From: Basidiobolus meristosporus CBS 931.73 | Taxonomy: Eukaryota > Fungi > Basidiobolomycota | DNA length: 64,000 nt | Direction: 5' to 3' | NCBI GenBank assembly: GCA_002104905.1 | Contig: MCFE01000310.1 | Span: forward strand, 1-64,000 | Shown: in pieces, positions 46,783 through 58,478 of the stretch | How the letters are laid out: each line of letters begins with the position of its first letter | Numbering within the stretch: position 1 is the stretch's first letter | The notes under the pieces: generated by a model | Database searches by the model: none | The model's input: only the letters and a program-made list of their open reading frames with translations | What the model was told of the DNA's origin: nothing | Program-made: the position numbers and the translations under genes

Positions 46783-49240
46783 ATGGATCCTTCACTCGCA
46801 CCAGAAACAGTAGGTGATGCTTTTGATCAGGACTTGGAGGAGCAAAGTTTGGATTTTCAGAAGTTACTGAGAACCCCTGTGAGCGATTATTATGGCCTCT
46901 TGAGTATCCCCAAAACGGTACCTATCCTTATTGTCCATTGGATGCTGTTTCTTTGAAAACTAAGGATGTTCTCTTGTTTGGCTTGGGTTGGTAGGCGAAT
47001 CTGGAAGAAATTGAAGCTGCTTACAAAAATGCCTGTGCCTCGCTTCATCCCAACAACTATTCCGAACAGGAACTAAAGGATTTAGCGCAAGTAAGATTCG
47101 AAGCTGTACAACGCGCGTATGATGGTACGTTTCATGTTCATGAGACCAGCACTGAGGAAAATTGCCGATATATGTGAGATTCAAACCATGCTTCTCAATG
47201 TCTAGTTCTTGTATCCGTAGAGAAGCGTCCTATTTATGACCAGTACGGCGAAAAAGGCCTTAATAGCACCGGGGAGGTGGGCCCGAGAATCAAAACCCCC
47301 AAAGAGGTACACTAGAATGCCCAAAATAGCTGTATACAAATACTAATATCACTCTATATTGGTATTTAAAAGATGGAAGAAGAATACGAGCGTATGATCC
47401 AGAGAATACATGAGAAGGAGTTGGAGAATATCGTAAATACAAAGGTTGGATTGCTTCCACTCTACGCTCTACCATCTTGCTATTAACACTCCTGTATTGA
47501 TTAGAGCCAGATTAATCTCGGCCTTGACATGTCCTCCGTGTTTGACCCATACTTTACACGCTACAACGAACCTGGCCTAATGAGCAGACTCTCAAAGTGT
47601 GGTATTAGCCAGCTTGAACTTAAGCATTCGATCCAGGTATATCGTATAGAGACTTTCACCTTACCGCCAGATTATCAACAACAACATTTTAGACAAACCT
47701 CTCAGACAAGACTGTGGCCATTCTACGCGGAAACATGAATACAAGAAAAGGAATGGGTGGTGGAAACATTCTCGGAACGGTCCGACACACCTTCAATCCA
47801 CATCTGTGGGCTGAGGTAGAGCTGCATTCATTCAGATTTAATTGATGGCATTCATTGTTGACGTGCGTGTGTTCTCTAGTTTACCACCTCTTTATTCGAC
47901 CCGAAATTTGTTGGGGCCAAAGTGTTCCATACACTTTCAGCCAATAGCTTCCTGGTTGGTGAGACTTACACCGGCACGTGGCGCGCCCCTCCTGTAGTTC
48001 GACTGACTGCCGGAAGACGTATCGGAGAGGAAACAACAGGATATGTCAAGTTCAAATCCGGGCAGTATAGTATAGGACCATGGGGGGAATACTATGGCAA
48101 CGTATTTGATTTCGAACAAGAGTTTTCTACCGCAGCGGTCGGCATGTCTAGACAAAATCGCAATAGTAAATGCTCCGTCGAGTTTCAGGTAAAATATTGG
48201 CGTGATGAGTGCACCGAATGTCTCCCCGTTGACAATCCTTTATTCCAGGCAGGTGCTGGGATGTCACGCATCTCTTTTAGTTACATAAGAAAACTCAACG
48301 CTGCGACCAACGTTCGCGCTGCGCTCAATTGCACAACCAACGGAATTATCGCGGCCATCGGTGGGGACACGAAGGTTTCCGAGCATAATAGAGTAGGACT
48401 TGCGGTGGAGTCTGGAGACAGCAACGGTGTTACTCTCAAACTCAGGTATTATTCATTTATTGTTCGCGTTCCATTTGCACTATACTCACTTCATGTCGAC
48501 TTAGACTAAGTCGCCTCGGACAACGCTTGTCCCTGCCTATTATGCTAACTCCAGAGTTTGATCTTTCTTTCACTCTGTGGGCCATCGCCGCTCCATCCGT
48601 TAGCTTTTATTTGTTGGATAGATTGTGGCTTTCACCCAGAAGAAAACGATTGGCAATCGAGTAAGTGGTCTTTAGGTCAGATTCTGGCGATTATTGGATG
48701 ATTGACAGGTATTTTCTGCAGAAAAATCGAAACCCTTAGGAGCCATCACAACGAATATTTGGAAGAACGCAAAAAGGAGGCGGTTGATGCCATGAGACTC
48801 ATGAAGGAAGCGGTCGGTCGCAAGCAGCAGCAGGAAGACTCCAAGAATGGTACTTTTAACAACTGGTCTTCGCTTTTTCATTTGTTAACGACTTCCATAT
48901 CCAGGTCTGGTCATTACCCAAGCACTCTATGGCAATTTTGAAGAATCCCGCACGATTGATGTTACCATTGCTGTTCAAGCATTGGTAAACAACTCCCAAC
49001 TGATCATCGCTGGCGGCCATTCTAAGGTATTCCATGAACCACACTTGACTTGTACTCAACATGTATTCTTACCTTCCATTCCAGTCCAATATCATTGGAT
49101 TCTACGATCCTTGCTTTGGCTCTCGCAAGCAGCTCAACATTTCGTACAAGTTCCAAGGTCAAGAGCATCAAGTGACCATTGGAGATACTAGCCCCTTAGC
49201 CTGCCCCATTCGTGAACATATGCGCGGTCCACATTACTAA
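46783..49240 (+). CDS. DNAJC11: DnaJ homolog subfamily C member 11-like (J domain + C-terminal DUF3395), many introns
   Basis: DYYGLLSIPKT|ANLEEIEAAY...LHPNN...AYD|VL...KRPIYDQYGEKGL. C-terminal IDVTIAVQALVNNSQLII...GFYDPC...KQLNISYKF. Confidence 0.85.
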
Positions 49241-49446
49241 ACAAACGTTTTGGGCATAGAAATAACATCAGGCAAATATTATGGCATTCATCTATGTCGG
49301 ACAGAGATCACCATAATTTCACATTTTGCATTCCAAATTCACACCACGAAAAATAAACATAGGATCTGTTTAGTGTATCTTGGCTCCGTCTGGTGCAAGA
49401 TTGTAAGAAGGTAGGAGGTCAGCTCTAGGTGTTTATTGATGAGAGA

Positions 49447-52400
49447 TTAGTGGCTTCTAGTGTGTGTAAAACTGAGTTTGGGGGAGATATGGTATTTCAA
49501 TGGTTCAGGTGTGATTTGAATTACTAAGCATTTGGAATTGATGGCATGCTGTGTCTGAAGCCTTCTGCATTGGTTGAGAATGAGGTTGTCATATTTCGGA
49601 ATGTCCGGCTCAACCAGTTTGATCAAATGGAACTCGATGTAACAGTTGGCTAGTTTAAGGATATCAGTAAGTCTCTCAAAATCGTCATGAACCGTAGCCA
49701 CGTTACCAGTCCACGCATTCTGTTTGATGTCCAGTTTGGTGTTTAATTTGAAACAGTACGGCCGTATGGGGGTGAATTTGGATGATGACGGCCAGAAGGA
49801 TTCCACCGATCGATCAGGATATGTAACCTATTTCAAAGGATTAGATCGCACAACCGCAGGCTCAAACAGGAAGCACTCACCTGAAGACCGATTGTTCCAA
49901 CATCAACAACGTTATACAATTCAGCCTCAATTTGTACTCGTAACGGAATCATTGACAAATACTCCACGGGCTTTTCCGGGTTGGTGATGGGGGAGATTAT
50001 TTCACCAGCAGTTTGTTTGATAGTGCTTCTGAGATCAGGCCTCAGCAGAGTAAACTCCTAGAGCTCTGATCATGAATAAAATGTATGATTGCTACGAATG
50101 GTCTTAAGGAATACCGTAATATGCGGCAACAGCAGAAAGAGATAGTTGGGCGCAGCAGAGCTCTGGATTTTGATGAGTTCGGATTTCAAATGATCGATCC
50201 CGGCAAGACATATGCCCTCCCGTTCTGATATCCTGTCAAGATGGGTTGGTAATGGACCTTGGAGATACATGGAATAGGGCTTACCTTTGAATGTATGTGA
50301 TCCTGTTTACAAATAATTGTACATTTTCCTGTAGACTAAATTGACTGCTCATTGTTAGTTGAACTATGTATGCACCAGGCTCAAAGCCCACTGTACCTGC
50401 TGCTACCGTTTAGTGATCCAATGAGCCATAGTGTATTTGCCAACAAGCGGATGTGGATTACGTCAAGTTTGGTGGTTCCAGTCAATCCCAGGAAGGTTTT
50501 CTCCAAGCGATACGAGATTTCTAGCAATTTGGACGCCAATTGAGGAGCCATGTTCATGAAGCCGAGCTGAAGGTGAGCTTTCTTGGCCTTGGAAAATCAT
50601 TAGTGCGCCGAATATGTGCAGTCGTAGATCTCAGACTCACTTGAACTATCATCGTGTAACATTCTAATAACAATATACAAAACTGCGCTTTGCCAACAAA
50701 TAGTGGCTTGAGTTGATTGATATATCCAAGATCCCTGGTTAACCAGCGGTGTTAAAAGACAACAAGCGACACGATGGGGCATGTTGGTGGCCATACCTGG
50801 TGCAATTCTCAATGATCATATCCACGTCCAGATGCTTATCCAAGAAGATTGTCTCGTAGATCTCTTGCACTCTGGTGAAGACCCTGTTTGTGAAATCCGT
50901 AACATGTGCTACGTTCATTAGGAAACATTAGCATCGATGATATACCCATCAAGCACAGGCACACTTCAATATATACCATCCGAATTTGCAATATCCAGCT
51001 TTTGGCACCCATAGGTGTTGCTCTCAGCAGATACAACAATACCCGAAGACTGCATTGAAAATGTGTTGGTAGGCGGCAATGAAAACAGTGGAGAACTCTG
51101 TAGAATACCTCGACGTCAGGGAAGCAGCCGGGAAACTTGCTCTGTAGGTATGGGTAATGTTTGTAAACAAATTTCGGCAGTATGGGAAGGATTCTGGTAT
51201 TTTTGACCGCGGCGTTCATAACCAAAATCAAGTGACCAACATCTACAGCGAACTTTAGCAATTGAGGACAATTTGCTGACATCGGTTAAAGAATCATTAC
51301 ATTGTGGGTCATCTGGATTGGCCTCGCGGGTCATGAAGACCTTGTCCAGTTTAAGTAGATCGGCCACCTGCGTTTCTAAAGCACGTATCAATGCGACAAC
51401 GCCCATCACTCAATCTGCCAGTACATCAAGGTAGCATACCGATCATCTCGTTGTGGCGTTGCCCAATCTCTCTAAAACATTTGTATATGGACAGTTGGTC
51501 CCCTGGATACCGATTCATGTTGTTCATTAAAGCCTCTAGAAACATGGTGATACACCCTCCAGACTCCATGAGCACGACCCTAACCCATACTATCAGCAAA
51601 CGAGCAATAGATTTGTTCTGAAGTCAACCTTACTTGAGCATTCCATGGACAGACTCTCTGACTATTCGGTTGGCGTCTTCCAAAACACCCAGTACGATTT
51701 GCAACTGCTCCGCGTCCAACTTGATCAAGAATTTGCTTCCGATTTTCCGCAAACTATTAATGGCATTGAGGCGAACATGGTCGATATCATCGTTAAACAT
51801 ATCTATAGGGTTGAATAAGATGATGGCGTCAAGAAGTGAGTGGCGGAAGCGTCGACAGTTGATTAGAAATATTCACTTACCCACCAGGAAATCAACAGCG
51901 CGAGCGGCAAACTCCTCGGAATACATGCATAATTCGCAGATAGAATCTATTCAAATACCCATCAACACTAATCCAAGTCCATAAAGCACAAGCGGTAACT
52001 AACCTACGGCAGCATTCCTCACCTCCTGGTACTCATCTTCCAGTCCGTGAATGAATGCACCACAGGCCCCCGAATCCAGTAATCTGAATTCATCAGATTC
52101 GACATCCAAGTCACCCTCTGGCGTGGGTATGCTTTTTCCTTTCTAAGGATATCGGGAAGAGACGAGTCAATTCTCAGGCTGAAGCCACAACTACTAGAAG
52201 ATCGAATAGTTACTTGTTTTCCTTTGGGTGTTGGAGCGCCCCCAACTGTTCTGTGGGTAGGTCTTTTCAGATGCGACATGACTTTTTTGCTAAACGTTTG
52301 CGAGAGAAATTTGAAATCAACATAACGGTAGCCACCCATGATGCTGCACGCCTAAGAGACATCAGCCACTGCACTACAACACAACAATCCACTGCCATAT

Positions 52401-53414
52401 CTACCTTGGTTCGGACCTTTACGGATATGTCGTTTACCATGTCACATATCTTTACAAAAGCGTCATCCACAAGACGAATCTGCTCGTTAACAGTTTCGTG
52501 TGGGACTCGAACCATATGCTCTGGATACGTAGTACTCAACACCCTATCAATTAAGCTATGCGTAAGTAGAGACGAATTTCGAGACACGCATCCACATTGT
52601 ATACCAAATCAGCTGCAACGCCTCGGTTCGGACTTCCTCGAAATCGTCCTTCAGAGCCGATAAACTCAGTCGGTATATAATCAGATCCAGTTTGTATCCG
52701 CGCAAATGTAATTGATACAGAGTATGTAATGATGTCTAAAGTATCCCAAAGTAAAAAGGGCTGTGAGCACCCATGTTTGGATACGCATCATGTTGCTGTC
52801 AAAGACATACTTGACGAACTCGTGGATCTCCGTCAAGGGCGTAGTTCCCTATAATCATTTGCAACTCCCTTGAAGTAAGCACTCTAGGATCTACCACTTT
52901 TTCGAGAGCCTGTTCACTCCATGAAATCAAACTTATCCAAGCTATTAATTCTATGCAAGCTTTACGAATCAAGTATTGCTGGTCCGACAATTCTAAGATC
53001 AGGGTGGAGGTGTATGACTTCAACTGATCCAATACAGGCTTTACAGTAGCGAAGATTCTTGACCTGTGTAAATGGGCTGGTTAGTGCATAACATGGCAAA
53101 ATGGGTATATTCACTCCACATACTTTAAGTAGCCATATTAGCTTGCTATAAGTGGTATATCGGACAGTTGTCGATTTTGAAGAGGCCTATGAAGAGGAGC
53201 ATTTGTAAGCAAGAGGATTTATTTTGTACATCCAGTCTGCTCGAAGTACAAGAATTGAGATCAATACCTCGTTTAAAAGTGTTTTGACTAACTCTTGAGA
53301 ATCCACCTGCTCGTTCAGATCTGAACTAATACTTTCTGGTAACTATCGATTGACTTAATTCAGCTATATTGCTAATGACCGCTATGTTCATTCACTTCTT
53401 CATACCTTAGTCAT
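49447..53414 (-). CDS. INTS4: Integrator complex subunit 4-like HEAT-repeat protein, many introns; 3' end approximate
   Basis: DGDPRVR, QIRLVDDAFVKICDMVNDISVKVR, QTFSKKVMSHLKR and RLLDSGACGAFIHGLEDEYQE|VRNAAV match INTS4 blocks as I recall them. Confidence 0.8.
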
Positions 53415-53659
53415 AGAATTGGTGGTCAATGTCTTTCAAACACCACCAGATTGATTGGTATCCTGTCACTGATATGGCTGTGACCGAACAATTTTCTAAT
53501 TTGCAAATTGATGAATACTTCAATCATGCTTTTATGCAAATGTTTAGGATGGCTATGATCTGTTCCTTTCGACAGATATGGCGACATCTACATCCCAGCA
53601 ACCCACCTAAACATTTCCGCTAGCGTTTCTCGCAACTTTCATTCTTCACGTCACTCGAG

Positions 53660-54136
53660 ATGACAGATTATCTTGGTTACGGTTTTGGTGCTGCTGTAGC
53701 TGCTGGTGGAATTCTTGGCTATGCAAAAGCTGGTAAGTATTAGTGAACACATTTCCCGTTCCCATCCGTTATTAACTTAAGTGTAGGTAGTAAGCCCTCG
53801 CTAGCCGCTGGTCTCTCCTTTGGAGGGCTCATCGCCTATGGCGCTTCCAGAGTTAGCGAAAACCCTAAAGATGCTCATGTGGCTTTTGGTACACTATGCT
53901 CATTAACAAACATGCAACGAAGCGTAACTAACATGTATGATTTGTACAGGTGTGAGTGCCGTGCTTTTATGGATCATGGGTAAGAAATACTATCGTGGTA
54001 GAAAGTTGATGCCTGCTGGTATTATTGCACTTCTCAGGTAAGGTTGACCAAAAATATTATCATATACCCTTGCTAAATGTTTTACGCTTCCAGTCTGGTC
54101 ATGACCACTCGTTATGGGTATTTCTTGAAGAACTAA
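53660..54136 (+). CDS. TMEM14 family small membrane protein, 4 exons
   Basis: [37 protein letters not shown]...MGKKYYRGRKLMPAGIIALLS. Confidence 0.9.
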
Positions 54137-54243
54137 CTGCCTGTTTACTACACCACTCGTAGTGATAACACTCATGATTGGAAATGTTTATTGTCTGTCA
54201 ATAAATAAAGATGTATTTACATGTCAACACTGGTCGAAGCTGA

Positions 54244-54988
54244 CTAATTTTTGCCAGTAGAACCAAAGCCACCAGCGCCACGCACAGTTTCTTCCAAATC
54301 CTCCACAACTTGTACTTCAGGTGTCACGATTTTCTCAAGAACCAATTGAGCAATACGATCACCAACGCTGATTTTGAAAGATTCTTCCTTGTTGAAGTTG
54401 AACAATACAACACCAAGGTTTCCCTAGAAATGTATTGAAAGCCAGCTTAGTCGCGACGAACATCAATCAGATTGATAGATCAAATAATAATAACCCTGTA
54501 ATCTTCATCTACAACTCCTGCGCCTACGTCAATGAAGTTCTTGACAGCGAGTCCACTTCTGGGTGCGACCCTTCCGTATGTACCGGGAGGAACGTGAATA
54601 CTTATGTCAGTCTTGACAACAGCACGAGTTTGGGGCTCCATAACGACGTCCTCAGCACTTGGATAGGGCTATTAGTGAGTTCTCTCAAATACACCGAGTC
54701 AAAATATATATACCTGAACAAATCGTAACCGGCAGCACCAGAACTGCCTCTGGCAGGAGCTTTGGCTTTGTCACTGAGGAGCTTGACCTTTAGGGAAGGG
54801 ATTCTCTCGGTTCCCAAGTCAGAAGAGCATCTGCGCTTGGGGATTTTGGTAGCACCCGAGTCACAGGAATCAGTGGGGCTTGGAATTGCGTTACTAGAAC
54901 CCATTTGTTTGAAGTGATATGTCCCGAGGCGTGAAGTCAAAGGCTGTGAGAAAACTCTCAAACAAAGCTGTCGTCGTGTTGAAAACAT
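54244..54988 (-). CDS. DUT1: Trimeric dUTP pyrophosphatase with an N-terminal extension, 2 introns
   Basis: [42 protein letters not shown]: all five dUTPase motifs. Confidence 0.95.
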
Positions 54989-55191
54989 ATCAGTATTTAT
55001 GAAAATAAAATAATGAAAACACGCCACGGAACGTGTAGGCAATCCCTGAATAGTGAAGAAAAACAAACTCTGTTGATTATGTGGGATTGCGGCATGATGT
55101 GCTCTGAAACTACGGTGGTTTCAAATTACAGATACAATCATCGGAATTGTCGATATTTGGGGGTCACGTTGATGGTCATTGAAAAATACGA

Positions 55192-55225
55192 GCGCGTCAT
55201 AAGGTTGTGATTAATTAAAACGCGT
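55192..55225. promoter_or_regulatory. MCB-like boxes (GCGCGT 55192-55197, ACGCGT 55220-55225) in the DUT1/HAP5 divergent promoter
   Basis: Motifs read directly. ACGCGT is the MBF element typical of fungal S-phase genes; function here is inferred. Confidence 0.35.
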
Positions 55226-55348
55226 TATTTAAATGAGATACGTTTTTCGAGGCAGTAGTCGTGAATGGATTTTCACGAGAATTTTCATTTTAATTTATAT
55301 ACATCAAAACACCCAATAAGCTTTGTGAGTTTGTAGACTGCAGCTTTA

Positions 55349-56475
55349 ATGTCTTTACCTGCCTCTTCTTCCAGCCAGTTGCCCTATCAAAGTATGACCC
55401 CCGTTGCAAACACAGGTTTGGAACATGTGGCAACTGGGTATCCACAAGTCCAATCCCAAAACCAACCGCCAGCAGTACACGTAGCCGCCAGTCACGCCCA
55501 GGCTCAAGGCCAAGCTGCCAACCAACAACTCTCGCAACAAGATCAATTCTTACAGAACTTCTGGGCAAGCCAGGTTTCTATTGCAGAGACATACGAGTCG
55601 GACTTTAAGCTGCACCCACTTCCTTTGGCTAGAATTAAAAAGGTTATGAAGACTGATGAGGACGTCAAGGTAATGTGATATTACTTTGTACCAGGCAATA
55701 CACGATCTCATCGCTAACCAAAAGTTCCCCTGTTGCTTGTTTCACCTCAAATCCGCCTTAATTAGATGATAAGTGCTGAAGTAAGCATTCTACTCGTGGG
55801 CCTTGTGTCATACGTTTGAGCTAACGCTTATTTAGGCGCCCATTCTTTTCTCCAAAGCCTGTGAGATATTTATTACGGAGATCACTATGCGTGCCTGGAT
55901 GCATGCAGAAGAAAACAAACGCCGAACTCTACAGCGAAGTGATGTAGCGAGCGCTGTGAGCAAGTCGGACCAGTTTGACTTCCTTATTGATATCGTACCT
56001 CGCGAGGACCTGTCTAAGGCTAAAAGGCCTAAGGAGGAGGTAAGAACACACGCGTTTAGTTTTCAATTTGACCTCACTAAACATGTCGTATCTAGTCTGA
56101 GATTTACGATCCAAATGCCTATGCCGCTTATTACCAGGCTGCAGGCCTTTCACAATACCAAGGGGTAACTTTGATGGCTTAACAAGTAATATCTATTTCT
56201 CTTATTTATATTTTACTCTTCTCCGAAGGGACTTGCTGTAGATCAACGCGTAATTGATCCTGCCTATTACCAGCAGGTACGACTGTATGTCACTTATCTT
56301 GTACTTTACACATGCTCAACCAGCTATTTAGTTTACCCAAGAGCAGCTTCAGCAGTATCAGCTTCAGTTGCAGCAGCAGATGCAACAGTCCCAGCAATAT
56401 CAAATGCGTGCACCTACCGGGACAGCTTACACGACGCCGGGTCAAGGGCAGCCACAGCAATCATCGCAAGAATAG
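55349..56475 (+). CDS. HAP5: CCAAT-binding factor subunit NF-YC/Hap5, multi-exon including a 15-nt micro-exon (55766-55780, MISAE)
   Basis: [17 protein letters not shown]|MISAE|[54 protein letters not shown], with a Gln-rich tail. Confidence 0.95.
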
Positions 56476-57298
56476 TAAACGGTCTACTCATTCATTTTGC
56501 TTGTGCACGACTTCAATTAGAATCACCTCGAAATGGGACCAGCTACCTAGCAAACTCCCACTAGACTTGGTCGTCAACGCGCGGGTCTTCGCCCACAAAG
56601 TTAAACGAGTTTCACCATTTCGTAATGTCCTTTTCCCCGACTTCGGGCAATTTTTATGCATATAGTTTTTACTTGGTTTTTGCCTTTTCTTTATTTCTGT
56701 TCGATTTCGATTTCGATAAATATTTGTGATAATCGTTTTAATCCCTTTGAAGATGTAGTAGATGGTAATATTAAATCTTCTTGAAACCCACAGTTTGTGA
56801 TTCCTCGATTGTTGGTTGCAGCGCGGATTGTGTATATATGATAGCGCCAGGAGATGCACACCCAAAGGTTAATGTCTTTCAACAATGCCTGGCTCATGAT
56901 TAGTGATTCTGACAAACAGAATGAAGTTGTTACATGGACCATAAACAACGTTGCATTAGGATACAGGCTGAGTCCGGTGAATTTTAGGGAATAAATAATG
57001 GTTTTCATTTCGGTTGGGCATGCAGAGGGCCGAAGTGAAAGGGCACAATAATTCAAACAATGATGGCAATAATTTATATTGTTGCTAGAGGGCAAGGTAC
57101 TTGAATTCATTCATTCAAAGGTATATATGTTGGATACCGGGATCCTGTGCCTACGGAGGCTTTTCTCGATTAATATATATTGTCTGTCAGCCGAATACGA
57201 AGTGTATATCTTGAATACTCTTGATTCTAAACCCTCAGCTGTTCATTGCTGACAGTTCTTCAAAAGTGCTTACTCACTGACCATTGGTTATCAGCGTC

Positions 57299-57916
57299 AT
57301 GGCAAACAACCTCCTTCCTTTTGAACACGCCCAGCTGGCCACATTTTCGAAAGAGAAGGTGTACTCCTTGTCAAGACTGGCTTCGGAGCTGATGTTTACC
57401 ATGCTCCACAAGAAAGAAGAAGGGTCGTGTCGAGTGACAGGAGCCTTTTTTACCCACTTCTGCCATAATATAGTTTCGAAAAGCTCGATATCGACCGCAA
57501 CAGTGTATCTGGCCCTGAAATATGTCCAAAGGATCAAAGAACATGCCGCGGTGTTGGAAAAGGAACAGGATTTCGAATTCAATTTATTCCTTGCAGCGGT
57601 TGTCCTTGCCCACAAGAGTCTCGAGGACTGTACTTATGCTAATCGCACCTGGTGCCAATTGAGTGGACTATCGTTGAACATACTAAATCAATGGGAGAAA
57701 AGACTGCTCTCCATGATTAAGTACAACACCCATGTGTCTGCCGAGGAATTTTTCCAGTGGTCACTCTACATTCGCCAGTTTGAGCGTCATAACACAAATT
57801 TAATTCAACCCCAAGCAGCACCTACAACTGGGCGCCGTTGGTCTTTCCCCAACGTGCATCAGGGTGGCAACGTAATGGGAAACTCTTGGGAACCCATATC
57901 TGTGCGTCGGAGATGA
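57299..57916 (+). CDS. Pho85-type cyclin (Pcl/Pho80/Clg1-like), intronless
   Basis: Cyclin box: TVYLALKYVQRI, LFLAAVVLAHKSLEDCTYANRTW, LNQWEKRLLSMIKYNTHVS. Confidence 0.88.
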   Translation: MANNLLPFEHAQLATFSKEKVYSLSRLASELMFTMLHKKEEGSCRVTGAFFTHFCHNIVSKSSISTATVYLALKYVQRIKEHAAVLEKEQDFEFNLFLAAVVLAHKSLEDCTYANRTWCQLSGLSLNILNQWEKRLLSMIKYNTHVSAEEFFQWSLYIRQFERHNTNLIQPQAAPTTGRRWSFPNVHQGGNVMGNSWEPISVRRR

Positions 57917-58478
57917 TGTCCACGCCATTCACGGCTGTATGGAACAATATTTTATATCTTAATCGCATTCAAATATCCCCCCTCCCAAATATCTAATCGA
58001 AATCGGCGAAACTTTGGCAGAAGCTTAACTAACTTCGCATTTATCATGGATATATGTACATAATGAAACTAACATGCTTATCAATGAAGACATAAAGCGC
58101 TATCTATTAGAAATCCATATCGCTAGGTTGCAGCGGGGCCCTGGTGCAACATTCCTGTTAACGCTCCAAACAGGTGGGTAGCGTGGTCCCTTAAACACAC
58201 GGTTGTTTAAATCTTTTGTAAGGGCTTCATGATCAATGGTCTCCTTTTCCATTTAAAGAGAAAGCGCTGTTGATATGGTTGTGTTACAAATTCCATCTTC
58301 GATGAGAATGTGAGTCATTTAATGGCTTAGCCATTAATAAATATCGCTGATGACGAGTTGAAAACGCGTGGACGTACCGCTTTAGGTATAAATACAGATA
58401 CGGGTGGCGTAGGAAATACCGTTTTCCGTATCACTGTAGCTTTCTTTATCGTTGCTGTACAACTTGCTTTCGTTTGTC

